A stretch of DNA of 64,000 nucleotides from Nitrospira sp. (GCA_043745235.1 JAYTTD010000090.1:50760-114759), one strand, 5' to 3'. Counted from the first letter of the stretch, positions 28,124 through 38,831 are shown. Notes: a model not told the origin generated them from the sequence alone. Numbers and translations are program-made.

Positions 28124-29362
28124 ATGCCGAACATCTTCACCATGGTGCTGGCGGGCGGGAAAGGTGAACGTCTCCAACCTCTCACCGAACATCGGGCCAA
28201 GCCGGCGGTTCCCTTTGGCGGGAAGTATCGTATTATCGATTTCACGCTCAGTAATTGTGTCAATTCCGGGCTTCGAAAAGTCGCAGTCCTCATTCAGTAT
28301 AAATCCCACTCGCTCGACCGTCACATTCGCACGGGTTGGAATATCTTCAACGCGGAACTTGGCGAATTCATTGCCTCGATACCACCGCAGCAGCGAATCA
28401 GCGAAGAATGGTACCAAGGCACTGCCGATGCGGTCTATCAAAACCTCTTTCTCCTCGACAGTGAACAACCGGAGTATGTGTTGATCCTCGCCGGTGACCA
28501 TATCTACAAAATGAACTACATGGAGATGTTCTATTGGCTGATCGCGAAAGGCGCCGATGCCGTGGTCGGCGCAATCGATATTCCGATCGAAGAGGCCCAT
28601 CGATTCGGCGTGATCAGCGTGGATGAGGATCTCCGGATTACGAACTTTCTAGAGAAGCCGGCTCAACCGCCGTCGATTCCCAACGATCCGACCCACGCCT
28701 TCGCGTCAATGGGCATCTACCTGTTTCGCACCAAAGTCCTCCGCGAGCACTTGCTTGCCGATGCCCAAGAAGGTGGGAGTCACGACTTCGGGAAAAATAT
28801 CATTCCAAGAATGATTCGCGATCAACGCGTCTACGCCTACAAATTTATCGACGCCAACAATAAATCTGTGAAATATTGGCGGGACATCGGAACATTGGAC
28901 GCCTACTGGGAAGCGAACCTGGACCTCGTCGCGGTGGATCCCCTCTTCAATCTCTACGACCAACACTGGCCAATTCGAACCTATCAAGGGCAATTTCCAC
29001 CGGCTAAATTCGTCTTCGCGCAAGACTATCAGGGCGGCAGGATGGGCGTGGCCTTGGATTCCATCGTCTGCGGCGGCTGCATCTTCTCCGGTGGCCGGGT
29101 GCAAAATTCCGTGGTCTCACCGAACGTCCGTGTGCAGGACAATGCCGACGTGCGTGAATCGATCCTCATGGAAAATGTCGTCATCGGGGCACATAGCCGG
29201 ATCAGACGGGCCATCATCGATAAAGACGTCATCATCCCGCCTCACTCGGAAATCGGGTACAACCGAGAGGCCGACGCCCAGCGATTTACCGTCACCGAAT
29301 CCGGCTTGGTCGTGATTGCAAAGGGAATGAAACTGCATGCCTCCCTCGATTCATCCGGTTGA
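28124..29362 (+). CDS. glgC: glucose-1-phosphate adenylyltransferase
   Basis: '[13 protein letters not shown]', '[17 protein letters not shown]', 'QGTADAV' and a C-terminal left-handed beta-helix. ATG at 28124. Confidence 0.95.
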   Translation: MPNIFTMVLAGGKGERLQPLTEHRAKPAVPFGGKYRIIDFTLSNCVNSGLRKVAVLIQYKSHSLDRHIRTGWNIFNAELGEFIASIPPQQRISEEWYQGTADAVYQNLFLLDSEQPEYVLILAGDHIYKMNYMEMFYWLIAKGADAVVGAIDIPIEEAHRFGVISVDEDLRITNFLEKPAQPPSIPNDPTHAFASMGIYLFRTKVLREHLLADAQEGGSHDFGKNIIPRMIRDQRVYAYKFIDANNKSVKYWRDIGTLDAYWEANLDLVAVDPLFNLYDQHWPIRTYQGQFPPAKFVFAQDYQGGRMGVALDSIVCGGCIFSGGRVQNSVVSPNVRVQDNADVRESILMENVVIGAHSRIRRAIIDKDVIIPPHSEIGYNREADAQRFTVTESGLVVIAKGMKLHASLDSSG

Positions 29363-31196
29363 TCTGATTATCGCGCTTCGCGACAAGCACTTGACCCCCG
29401 CCATTGTGTTCCTCACGTCGCGTCGTGCGTGCGATGAAGCGATGCAGGCCTTCGACCATAGCCACATTCTCCTCCCGCCGCTTCGTCAGCAGGCGATCGC
29501 CGCCGTGCTGGAAAAAGTGATCGTCCAATATCCCAGCATCGCTGAACACCCGCTCATTCCGACCGTCCAGCGCATCGGTGTGGCCGCGCATCATGCAGGC
29601 CATCTCCCCTCGTGGAAAATCGCAGTCGAGGAGCTGATGCGTCATGGCTGTCTTGATGCGGTCTTCGCCACGACCACACTGGCCGCCGGAGTCGACTTCC
29701 CTGCACGAACGGTCATCATCACACAATCCAGCATTCGCAAGTCACGCGACTTCATGGACTTGACGATCGGCGAGGTGCAGCAGATCGCCGGCCGCGCGGG
29801 GCGCCGAGGAAAAGATCTCGTGGGTTTCGCCATCGTCACCCCCTCGCCGTACATCGATCTCAATGTGCTAACCAAAGGCTTCACCGGTCATCCCGAAGCG
29901 ATCAACAGCCAATTCCTCATCAGCTATCCGATGGTCCTGAACCTCTTGAAAGCGCATCCCCTGGATCAAATCCAGCCGATTCTCGCCAAAAGCTTTGCGC
30001 AGTTTCAGCTCAACCAGCGCGCCGAGGTTCTGGAACGCAAGCTCGATGATCTGCGTGAGCAAATGGAACCGTTCGGGCCGCGTGTCTGCACCGACTGGAT
30101 CACAGAATGGCAAACCTTCGACCAAGTGCGCCGGCAGAAATCGCATCGTGCCCCTATCAGGAGGCACGAACCACCAGAAGTCGCCGCACGCTTTCATTTT
30201 CTCACCCCTGGTCGTGTGGTGGGCATCGGCCGCAGCCGAGGCGTGGTCCTGCGCCAGTATCGCAGCAAGGGACAAAAGAGCCCGATGATCACCGCGCTGC
30301 GTCAGGGCGGAGGCATTACCGAATCTCCCGCCTCCACCGTGACCGAAGTGTCCGACCGTGTCCTCGACTGTGTGGATGCGCCGGTCTATCCCTGGTGCAC
30401 ACCGGAGAGCGTGGAAGAATTGCTCCATCACCTGGAGGAGTTGCCGGGTAGGCTGCCGGAGCTTCCCATTCTGATTCCCAAGGACGATGAGCCGATTCCG
30501 GACGCCATCGTGCAAACCCTGGGTGACTTTGCCTGTCCAACCTGTCCTTCGCGTTCCGCCTGTCAGAGCGACTATCCCCGCGCGGCGAAACTTCGACAGG
30601 AACAACAGCGCCACCTCAAATCGATCCAGGCTCTGAGGACGAGTCTCTGGCACCGTTTCCAGGAAAAGATCGACGTCCTACAACAGTTCGGGTATCTCAC
30701 GCCGACCGCTCATCTAACCGATGACGGCGAATGGGCCAGGCTCATCCGCATTGACCACTCGCTGCTCATCACGGAATTGCTCCGGGCCGATGCGTTCAGC
30801 GGAGCCGATCCGGCAATGCTGGCCGCCGTGATGTCGAGCATTGCGCATGACGACGATCGCCCAGGCGCTTTCCCTCGTGTCAGTTCCGGATTGGGCTCAT
30901 TGCTCGGACAAGTCAGAAAATTGGCTGTGTCGCTCTCGCCGCATGAAGATCCTCCGCTCTTGCGGGCCGACATTGCCGCCGTGACGGAGCGATGGATCGG
31001 CGATCCCACGCTCACATGGATCGGTCTTTGTAAAAGCACCACGATGGCTGAAGGAGATATCTATCGCCTCTTGGCACGAACCTTGGAATTCCTGTCACAG
31101 CTACACACGCTCAAGGCTACACACCCCGGATTGGCAGACACCGCGTCCCGCGCCATCGCCAACCTGCGCCGAGGCGTCCTGGAGGAATTACCGTGA
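29337..31196 (+). CDS. Ski2/HelY-like helicase, C-terminal half only (RecA2 + C-terminal helical domains)
   Basis: 'AIVFLTSRRACDEA', 'AAHHAGHLPSWK', 'VFATTTLAAGVDFPARTVII' and motif VI 'QIAGRAGRRGKD'. It has no Walker A or DExH. The start overlaps the glgC stop by 26 nt. Confidence 0.85.
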   Translation: MPPSIHPVDLIIALRDKHLTPAIVFLTSRRACDEAMQAFDHSHILLPPLRQQAIAAVLEKVIVQYPSIAEHPLIPTVQRIGVAAHHAGHLPSWKIAVEELMRHGCLDAVFATTTLAAGVDFPARTVIITQSSIRKSRDFMDLTIGEVQQIAGRAGRRGKDLVGFAIVTPSPYIDLNVLTKGFTGHPEAINSQFLISYPMVLNLLKAHPLDQIQPILAKSFAQFQLNQRAEVLERKLDDLREQMEPFGPRVCTDWITEWQTFDQVRRQKSHRAPIRRHEPPEVAARFHFLTPGRVVGIGRSRGVVLRQYRSKGQKSPMITALRQGGGITESPASTVTEVSDRVLDCVDAPVYPWCTPESVEELLHHLEELPGRLPELPILIPKDDEPIPDAIVQTLGDFACPTCPSRSACQSDYPRAAKLRQEQQRHLKSIQALRTSLWHRFQEKIDVLQQFGYLTPTAHLTDDGEWARLIRIDHSLLITELLRADAFSGADPAMLAAVMSSIAHDDDRPGAFPRVSSGLGSLLGQVRKLAVSLSPHEDPPLLRADIAAVTERWIGDPTLTWIGLCKSTTMAEGDIYRLLARTLEFLSQLHTLKATHPGLADTASRAIANLRRGVLEELP

Positions 31197-31304
31197 GAAA
31201 CGACGTGAGGCGTGAGACCTCAGGCGTAAGGGGTCGTTTCCGGATCGAGACAAAGCCAGGGGCATCAACCGCTTCACGCCTTACGTTTCACGCCTAACGA
31301 AGAA
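31197..31304. repeat. family-3 element: inverted arms built from GGCGTGAG/GGCGTAAGG motifs
   Basis: Left arm GACGTGAGGCGTGAGACCTCAGGCGTAAGGGG (31202-31233). Right arm GCTTCACGCCTTACGTTTCACGCCTAACGA (31271-31300). Confidence 0.6.
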
Positions 31305-32372
31305 ATGATGACCACCCAAGAACTCGAACAACTCCTGGCTCAACAACCGATCGCGCTCTTGCACCGCCTTGCGCGCGGGCGTGTTCAGCGGCATTTCCGC
31401 GCAGGCAAACGCCGCTTGATAGAAGTCTTATTACGCCATTCCGCCGAGAATCGCGCAGGATTTGAGTCTGACCTGATGACCTTGATCGGCGAACAACAGG
31501 CTCGCCCCACTCCGCCCGTGCCACAAATCCCTGCCGCGCGGAAACCGAAGCCCTCGGCACCACAACGTCGCGCCACGCACAAGCCGGTTGAACCTGAATT
31601 CCATGAGCCAGGCGTTACCCTCTCCAGCTGGCTGGAGGGACTGGGAGTGCCGCCGCCGCAGACCTTTGTCCCGGATGCCTGGCAAGAAGATGCAATCGCC
31701 AAACTGAGAGAGGGTGATGTCGTCGTCAGCGTCCCGACGGGAAGCGGAAAGACCTATGTCGCGGTCGAAGCGGCTCGTCGCGCCATGGCAGAGAATCGAA
31801 CCGTCATCTATACGTCGCCGCTCAAGGCGCTCTCGAATACCAAGTACACGGAGTTTTCAAAAATATTCGGCGCAGACCAGGTCGGTATTCTCACTGGTGA
31901 TCGGCGCGACAATGGGCAAGCGCCTCTGCTGATCATGACGACGGAAATCTTGCGGAATCTGCTCTACGACGCCGGAGGCGGTGAGATCGACATTCGATTG
32001 GATACGTTAGGCCTGGTCATTTTGGATGAATCGCAATATATCGCAGATCCGGAGCGGGGCGTCGTCTGGGAAGAAACGATCATCTTCTGCCCGAGCCAAG
32101 CACGGCTGCTCTTGCTCTCTGCCTCTATCGGCAATCCACACGATATTGCCGAATGGCTCACTTCGATCAGACCGACTCCCTGCCACTTAGTCCGCCACAG
32201 CACACGCACCGTCCCGCTCCGCGCAGGCTACCTACATCCGAACGGTAAACTCACACCGCTCTTCCGCACCGTCGGTATTCCCCACGGCCATCCAAGCCAT
32301 CTCCATCCAGAAGCTAAACGGCTCTTTGCCCAATACGAAGACGAAACGCTGCCGACAGGACGCCGCCGGTAA
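31305..32372 (+). CDS. Ski2/HelY-like helicase, N-terminal half only (RecA1)
   Basis: Walker A 'VPTGSGKTYVA', 'YTSPLKALSNTKY', 'ILTGD', motif II 'ILDESQYIAD', motif III 'LSASIGN' and 'TVPL'. It ends where the RecA2 domain should begin. Confidence 0.85.
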   Translation: MMTTQELEQLLAQQPIALLHRLARGRVQRHFRAGKRRLIEVLLRHSAENRAGFESDLMTLIGEQQARPTPPVPQIPAARKPKPSAPQRRATHKPVEPEFHEPGVTLSSWLEGLGVPPPQTFVPDAWQEDAIAKLREGDVVVSVPTGSGKTYVAVEAARRAMAENRTVIYTSPLKALSNTKYTEFSKIFGADQVGILTGDRRDNGQAPLLIMTTEILRNLLYDAGGGEIDIRLDTLGLVILDESQYIADPERGVVWEETIIFCPSQARLLLLSASIGNPHDIAEWLTSIRPTPCHLVRHSTRTVPLRAGYLHPNGKLTPLFRTVGIPHGHPSHLHPEAKRLFAQYEDETLPTGRRR

Positions 32373-32389
32373 ACACTGGGAACAGACTG

Positions 32390-33406
32390 CTAAAATATAA
32401 GGCTGAGGCCGGCAGTGAAACCATGCCGTAAGGATTCGAACTGAGTGAGAGGAAAAGAATCGGAAGACCCTGCAGCAGGATGAACGGTGAGGTCACCACT
32501 CAACACCCGGTTATAATACAAACGGTATCCCAGGTTTGCCGCAAGATTGTTCGTGATCATGAATCGGGCTCCAACGTCCACATTGGCCCCCACCCCATAA
32601 CCCACCATGGAGAAGCTCGGGTTCTGCTGGAGATCTCCTCGCAGGTGATGCACATCCTTGTTGTCGAGCACGCTGATCGGAATGAGCGCAAGTGTGCCGA
32701 GCACACTGAAGCGCCTCGTTAGCCGATATTCTGTCCGGCCACCCACACGGATCGAATACCAGTTAGTGGTGTTCGTAATGATGTTGGTGCCGCTCCCTAC
32801 CGGAGGTGACGGGCCGGCTGAATTACACAATACGTTTCCTCCACCTAGGTCTATGGTCGATCCCGCCGTCGTGCAGGTCACCTGTCCCAGGCCAACTGCC
32901 GTATACTCGGTGTGCCAATACTGAAACCCGCCAAATATATCCAACCATCCTCGATGGTTGGGGAAGTTCGTCACTCGTCCGCCGGCATCTGCGTTGAGAT
33001 ACCACATGCCGTCACCGCTTATATCACTGATCGTTCGCGAGGAAGGATTTCCACGGTCAGCCGCCAGAAAGTCGTCGTCTGTAAGCCGTCCCCCGCCGAT
33101 ACCCGCAATGCCGAAATTGAGCCGTCCGAATAATCGTGGCGTGAACCACAACGTCCCAGCAAGATCGAACACGTTCGTTCCGACATCCTTATAGGTGAGC
33201 TTGGATGTTGGATTACCAAATCCTGGTACTGATGAGGCATCGTGCGCCCACCTGGTGTCGCCGACGCTGAACCAGGTTCCTGCGCTCAGTTCAACTCTAG
33301 GGCGTTGTTCCTCGGCCGGTTCCTGCGCTGCGGTCATGAACGGGGACAGTATCGTCATCGAACAACCGATGGCCCACGCGCCGATCAGTCGAGTCCAGGT
33401 CCTCAT
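32390..33406 (-). CDS. outer-membrane beta-barrel protein
   Basis: Signal peptide after the ATG at 33406 ('MRTWTRLIGAWAIGCSMTILSPFMTAAQ'), alternating beta-strand pattern and a C-terminal 'GLSLIF' ending in Phe. Confidence 0.6.
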   Translation of the reverse strand: MRTWTRLIGAWAIGCSMTILSPFMTAAQEPAEEQRPRVELSAGTWFSVGDTRWAHDASSVPGFGNPTSKLTYKDVGTNVFDLAGTLWFTPRLFGRLNFGIAGIGGGRLTDDDFLAADRGNPSSRTISDISGDGMWYLNADAGGRVTNFPNHRGWLDIFGGFQYWHTEYTAVGLGQVTCTTAGSTIDLGGGNVLCNSAGPSPPVGSGTNIITNTTNWYSIRVGGRTEYRLTRRFSVLGTLALIPISVLDNKDVHHLRGDLQQNPSFSMVGYGVGANVDVGARFMITNNLAANLGYRLYYNRVLSGDLTVHPAAGSSDSFPLTQFESLRHGFTAGLSLIF

Positions 33407-33735
33407 CGTCTTGCTCCCCCGCGCTGAATAATAACCGTATCCACACAGCGCTCCACGGTCTCGGGCATCACCCGCTGACAGGCGGCTCGGATATCTTCCT
33501 CTTGAAACTTCCGCTGCACAGAAGCCGAAAACCAGACCAGCCACGTACCGATCACAATCGCAAGCACCGCTCCTACTGCAACCATGCCCCACGCCGACCA
33601 TGAACTGATTGAGCCAGCCACGGGAAGCGGCAACTCATCCTGTGAAACGAGGTACGGTACAGCCATGTCTATTCCCTGCGAAAAGGAACGACTCAAATTC
33701 AGGTCAACCACATCAACGGCATCCATCCGAATCAT
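33403..33735 (-). CDS. small membrane protein, hypothetical
   Basis: One clear TM segment ('GMVAVGAVLAIVIGTWLVWF'). The stop overlaps the start of the barrel gene (ATGA). The start is uncertain. Confidence 0.4.
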   Translation of the reverse strand: MIRMDAVDVVDLNLSRSFSQGIDMAVPYLVSQDELPLPVAGSISSWSAWGMVAVGAVLAIVIGTWLVWFSASVQRKFQEEDIRAACQRVMPETVERCVDTVIIQRGGARR

Positions 33736-34072
33736 ACCTGATGATCAGACACCTGAACAGAGTTTTGCCGATCTTCTTCTTATCGACCCCGCAGCTTGAG
33801 TACCCAACTCAACGATCTGATCCAGATAAAGGTTTCTAGAATTCTCTTTCCCTCTCCCCGCTGCATGGCCACACCTGCGATTACTACACATTCCCCCTGT
33901 AGGCCGTTCCAGACAGCCTAGTGACAAACGTAATGCCGTGAAGCGTTTGCACCGTATGGTTTTGCTTTACCAGAGCGGCACAGCCATTGCTGTACCGCAA
34001 GTCAAGTATTCGACAATGAAGAGCTGTGAAACTAGACAGCGTCAATAAACGCGTGAGCAGAGGAGTCACACC

Positions 34073-35989
34073 ATGAACCTGTTTTCTTCCCCTTCGTTAT
34101 CTCTACAGCATTGGGTCATCGGGAAGGCCATCCTCTTCACGTTACTTGGGCTGCTGGTACTTGATGGAGGACTCTATATCACTAGTGCATTCGCACTCCC
34201 CGGAATTACCATCACACCATCTTCTGTAGTCTTTTCTGGAACAGTAGGACCAGGGCCGCTTGCCATCCCTGTTACTTTCACCAATTCCGGCACCTCGCCG
34301 GTCAGTTTTACTTGGACCGATTCGATTCCTTGGATTAAAGCCGGCTATCCAGCCGGCACACTGACTTCTGGGCAATCACAGACATTTACCATCAAAGCAA
34401 ACATCTCCGACCTGGTCGCTGGATCCTATAGTGGATTCGCAAGCGTCACGGCCGGAGGAATCACACAGCAGATCCCCGTCACTCTCGCGCTCTCAGCTAC
34501 AACCCCATCCCCCGCCATCGGTATGAACCCGTCCACTCTTACCTTCACCGGAATCGCCGGCAGCACCAACCCCACCGCGCAGCTTGTCAATATCACAAAC
34601 ACCGGCGGCGGCACCTTGTCCTGGACCGCAAGTGACAATGTAGCGTGGCTGACGCTCGCCCAGACTGCAGGCACCAATACCGGGGCTGTGAGCGCGACGG
34701 TCAACCTAAGCGGATTGGCAGCCGGCAGTTATTCCGGTACCATTAGTGTCACCGCAACCGGTACTGCAACGAAAACTCTTCCCGTCACGCTCACCGTTAC
34801 GAACTCTTCATCCACCGCCGGCGTCACCATCACACCGTCTCTGGTAGCCTTTACTGGAACAGTAGGACCAGGGCCGCTTACCATCCCTGTTACTTTCACC
34901 AATTCCGGCACCTCGCCGGTCAGTTTTACTTGGACTGATTCGATTCCCTGGATTAAAGCCGGCTATCCAGCTGGCACACTGACTCCCGGGCAGTCACGCA
35001 CATTTACCATTACCGCAAACATTGCCGGCCTGGCTGCTGGATCCTATAGCGGCACCGCCACAGTCACGGCCGCCGGTCTCGCGAAACAGGTCCCGGTCTC
35101 GCTCACACTTGCGGCAGGAACCGCCCCGGCCATTGGGCTCAACACGACGAGCCTCGGCTTTGCCGGAACAGTTGCCGGGACGAATCCCTCCGCTCAGACC
35201 TTTGCTATTTCAAATACCGGCGGCGGCACTTTGACTTGGAGTGCCGGTGACAATGCAACCTGGCTAACCCTGAGTCCGCTGTCCGGCACAAACGCCGGAA
35301 CGATCACTGCCAGTGTGAACCTGGCTGGCTGGCTGGCAGGAAGCTATCCCGCCACAATCACCGTGACGGCAACTGGAGCCACGCCCAAGACGATCCCCGT
35401 CACCTTGACCATCGCGGCATCAACAAGTGGTGGGTCGATCGGGTTCAGCCCCGCAAGTTTAGCCTTCTCCGGAACTGTCGGAGGGATCAATCCAGCGGCA
35501 AAACCATTCACGATCACCAATTCAGGAGGAGGGACCCTGACATGGACCATCAGCAGCAATGCGGTCTGGTTACGTCTCAATACCGCCTCCGGCACCACGA
35601 CGACTGAAACAGATACCATCTCCGCCAGCGTAACAACCAGCGGCCTGGCAGCTGGAACCTACAACGCCGTCCTCACGGTGACGGCGTCCGGATCGACCAA
35701 TAGTCCACGCTCTATCCCTGTGTCGTTAAGCCTCAGCGCCACAGTAGCCGGCACTGCCAGCTTGGCCTGGAATGCCAACAGCGAGACAGATCTGGCAGGC
35801 TATAAGATCTATAAAGCGACATCGTCGGGTGCCTATGGCGCACCTGTCGCGACATTACCAAAAACCACGACGAGCTATACCCTGGCTGGACTACAAACTG
35901 GAACGACCTACTTCTTTGCCATTACGGCGTACGATAATGCAGGCAATGAAAGTCCGCCTTCCGGTGAAGTGAGCAAGAGTATTTTTTAA
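34073..35989 (+). CDS. secreted repeat protein: five BACON/Ig-like domains + C-terminal fibronectin type III domain
   Basis: Five ~100-aa units with 'F.G..G..P....F.I.N.GGGTL.W....N..WL.L....GT......V....L..G.Y...I.V.A'. FN3 tail 'LAWNANSETDLAGYKIY...YFFAITAYDNAGNES'. Confidence 0.75.
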   Translation: MNLFSSPSLSLQHWVIGKAILFTLLGLLVLDGGLYITSAFALPGITITPSSVVFSGTVGPGPLAIPVTFTNSGTSPVSFTWTDSIPWIKAGYPAGTLTSGQSQTFTIKANISDLVAGSYSGFASVTAGGITQQIPVTLALSATTPSPAIGMNPSTLTFTGIAGSTNPTAQLVNITNTGGGTLSWTASDNVAWLTLAQTAGTNTGAVSATVNLSGLAAGSYSGTISVTATGTATKTLPVTLTVTNSSSTAGVTITPSLVAFTGTVGPGPLTIPVTFTNSGTSPVSFTWTDSIPWIKAGYPAGTLTPGQSRTFTITANIAGLAAGSYSGTATVTAAGLAKQVPVSLTLAAGTAPAIGLNTTSLGFAGTVAGTNPSAQTFAISNTGGGTLTWSAGDNATWLTLSPLSGTNAGTITASVNLAGWLAGSYPATITVTATGATPKTIPVTLTIAASTSGGSIGFSPASLAFSGTVGGINPAAKPFTITNSGGGTLTWTISSNAVWLRLNTASGTTTTETDTISASVTTSGLAAGTYNAVLTVTASGSTNSPRSIPVSLSLSATVAGTASLAWNANSETDLAGYKIYKATSSGAYGAPVATLPKTTTSYTLAGLQTGTTYFFAITAYDNAGNESPPSGEVSKSIF

Positions 35990-36212
35990 CAAAAGAGCGT
36001 ATGGAGTGCAGAAATACGGGAGGGCTTCAATCTTCCGCATTTCACACTGTCGACCCGCCAGCTGCGCCATCCAAGAGTGTTCCCTTTTCCTGAGTCTTTC
36101 TACTGGGGCCACCAGCCTGTAATCTTCAACGACTTGACCCTAGTCGCCAGCGCCTTGTATAACCTGGCTGGTTCTACACACCAGACTCACGTGTCTCACA
36201 CACGTGTTTAAA

Positions 36213-36288
36213 GCGCCCGTAGCTCAATGGATAGAGCACCAGACTACGGATCTGGGGGTTGGGGGTTCAAGTCCCTCCGGGCGCACCA
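36213..36288 (+). tRNA. tRNA-Arg (anticodon ACG)
   Basis: Cloverleaf by hand: acceptor GCGCCCG/CGGGCGC, anticodon arm CCAGA-CTACGGA-TCTGG, T-arm GGGGG-TTCAAGT-CCCTC, encoded CCA. Confidence 0.92.
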
Positions 36289-36507
36289 CTGTACTCCTTC
36301 TCAGTGACGTTTCTTCTGGCTGGAGTAGGAGCAGAACATATCGTGCATGGAGCACGAGTATTGCCTGGCATAGGAGCTACTGCATAACTACCCACGCTCC
36401 GAGCATTTCGATTGAGGCAGGTCGGTTGAAATCTCAATACGTTTTCCTCTTCCATTCCTCACGTACCCCCCTTACGATACAGGCTACGCACTGAGGAATC
36501 TCCCTGC

Positions 36508-38715
36508 ATGTCAGACTTACCGCTCGATCAACTCGAACAACTCATCCAGGGCCACCACTGGGACCCGCGCGCAATTCTTGGTGCTCATCCGATGGCTCAG
36601 AGCAGTCCCTCTACTGTTGTGATTCGGTGTTTCTTGCCGAAGGCCACTGACGTGACCCTACTCCTCAATGAGCGAGACCGACAGTCCATTCCCATGACGC
36701 GCCTCCATGAAGCCGGACTATTCGAAGCAATCGTTCAGGGGCCACTTGGAACCAACCCCTATCGTCTCCGCGTAACCGACCATGCAGGACAGGTATCGGA
36801 GCGGCATGATCCCTATGCATTCCTCCCCCTCCTCACCGACTTTGAGCTACATCTCTTCGCCGAGGGAACTTTCTTCAAAGCCTATGAAACCATGGGAGCC
36901 CATCTCCGGACGGTTCAGGCTATCGCCGGAGTCCATTTTGTCGTCTGGGCACCGAGCGCTAAGCGAGTGAGTGTCGTGGGCGACTTCAAAGGATGGGATG
37001 GACGCCGCCATCCCATGACAAACCGAGGAGCAACCGGCCTCTGGGAACTTTTCATCCCCGGACTGACAGACCGCACGCTCTACAAATATGAAATTCGGTC
37101 GCGCCATCATGACGCACCGCTCTTAAAAGCCGATCCCTATGCAGTCGCATCAGAGCTGCGCCCCAAGACTGCCTCGATCGTCTGCGCACGCACTCCCTAC
37201 CACTGGAAGGACCAAGCCTGGATGACGGCGCGGGCACAGCGAGATCCGCTCGCCAGACCCCTCTCAATTTACGAAGTCCACCTCGGTTCCTGGATGCGTA
37301 TCCCTGAAGAAGGGAATCGCTGGCTGACCTATTCTGAGCTTGCCATAAAGCTCATCCCGTACGTGAAGGATATGGGCTATACCCATGTTGAACTCTTACC
37401 AATTTCAGAGCATCCGTTCGATGGATCCTGGGGCTATCAAACCACCGGCTATTTCGCCATCACCAGCCGGCACGGATCTCCCGAAGACTTCATGTCCTTC
37501 GTCGATACGGCACATCAGGCTGGAATCGGTGTGCTCATGGACTGGACCCCCGCGCACTTTCCGGACGATCCACATGGGCTCGCCCAGTTTGACGGCACGC
37601 ATCTCTACGATCATGCCGACCCACGGCTCGGGTACCATCCCGACTGGCATAGCCGCATCTTCAATTACGATCGCGTCGAGGTCCGGAACTTCCTTCTGAG
37701 CAGCGGGCTCTTTTGGTTCGATCGATACCACATCGACGGCTTGCGCGTGGATGCCGTTGCCTCGATGCTCTATCTCGATTACGGACGGAAAGAGGGAGAA
37801 TGGATTCCTAATCAGTTCGGCGGACACGAAAATATCGGGGCCGTTACGCTACTGAAAGACTTGAATGTTCTGGTCCACCGTGACTTCCCAGGTGCCATGA
37901 CCATCGCCGAGGAATCCACGCACTGGCCGGGAGTCTCACGCCCCACCTATGCCGGAGGACTGGGCTTCACGTTCAAGTGGAACATGGGCTGGATGCACGA
38001 CATGCTGGAATACTTCGGCCACGATCCTGTCCACCGCCCCTTTCATCAGAATCAGCTGACGTTTGGGCTCCTCTATGCCTTCGATGAAAACTTCGTCCTG
38101 GTGCTGTCGCACGATGAAGTGGTGCACGGAAAGCGGTCGCTGCTCGACAAAATGCCCGGTGACGAATGGCAACGCTTTGCCAATCTCCGCACTCTCTATG
38201 GTTTCATGTACGGGCATCCCGGCAAAAAAATGCTGTTCATGGGCGGAGAGTTCGGACAATGGCGGGAATGGAACCATGACACCAGTCTGGACTGGCATCT
38301 CTGCAATCTCGATCGGCACGTGGGGCTCCAGCGGCTCGTACGAGACCTCAACTGGCTCTACCGCCAGGAGCCAGCGCTGCACGAACTCGATCACGACTGG
38401 ACCGGTTTCCAGTGGATCGACTTTTGCGATGCGACCCATTCCGTGATCGCCTTCCTCCGAAAAGCCAAGGACCAGGATCATCAGATATTGTGTGTGTGTA
38501 ACTTCACGCCTGTTCCCCGCTACAACTACCGAGTCGGCGTGCCAGGCGCAGGCTACTACCGCGAACTGTTGAACAGCGATGCTTCGGCCTACGGAGGGAG
38601 CAACATGGGAAATGCAGGAGGCCTTGAGACAAACGCCGTCCCCGCCCATGGGATGCCCCATTCGCTCGCAGTCACACTCCCGCCTCTGTCGGTGTTGTTC
38701 CTGAAACGGATCTGA
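36508..38715 (+). CDS. glgB: 1,4-alpha-glucan branching enzyme
   Basis: 735 aa. 'GVHFVVWAP', 'DWTPAHF', 'DGLRVDAVASMLY', 'AEESTHWP' and 'LSHDEVVHGK' are GH13 branching-enzyme signatures. Confidence 0.96.
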   Translation: MSDLPLDQLEQLIQGHHWDPRAILGAHPMAQSSPSTVVIRCFLPKATDVTLLLNERDRQSIPMTRLHEAGLFEAIVQGPLGTNPYRLRVTDHAGQVSERHDPYAFLPLLTDFELHLFAEGTFFKAYETMGAHLRTVQAIAGVHFVVWAPSAKRVSVVGDFKGWDGRRHPMTNRGATGLWELFIPGLTDRTLYKYEIRSRHHDAPLLKADPYAVASELRPKTASIVCARTPYHWKDQAWMTARAQRDPLARPLSIYEVHLGSWMRIPEEGNRWLTYSELAIKLIPYVKDMGYTHVELLPISEHPFDGSWGYQTTGYFAITSRHGSPEDFMSFVDTAHQAGIGVLMDWTPAHFPDDPHGLAQFDGTHLYDHADPRLGYHPDWHSRIFNYDRVEVRNFLLSSGLFWFDRYHIDGLRVDAVASMLYLDYGRKEGEWIPNQFGGHENIGAVTLLKDLNVLVHRDFPGAMTIAEESTHWPGVSRPTYAGGLGFTFKWNMGWMHDMLEYFGHDPVHRPFHQNQLTFGLLYAFDENFVLVLSHDEVVHGKRSLLDKMPGDEWQRFANLRTLYGFMYGHPGKKMLFMGGEFGQWREWNHDTSLDWHLCNLDRHVGLQRLVRDLNWLYRQEPALHELDHDWTGFQWIDFCDATHSVIAFLRKAKDQDHQILCVCNFTPVPRYNYRVGVPGAGYYRELLNSDASAYGGSNMGNAGGLETNAVPAHGMPHSLAVTLPPLSVLFLKRI

Positions 38716-38720
38716 TAGAG

Positions 38721-38831
38721 CGTTGTGTGGTTTGTCTGGTCTGTCTTGTTTTTTTGGTTGAACGAACTAAACCAGACAAACAGAACAAACCAGATAGACC
38801 AGTAGACCAAATGAACCAGACAAAGCGGGTT
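38721..38831. repeat. family-2 palindromic element, long copy (inverted orientation)
   Basis: Self-complementary: GGTTTGTCTGGTCTGTCTTG...CCAGACAAACAGAACAAACCAGATAGACC. Its reverse complement matches 61640-61696. It sits between the convergent glgB and DUF882 genes. Confidence 0.75.
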
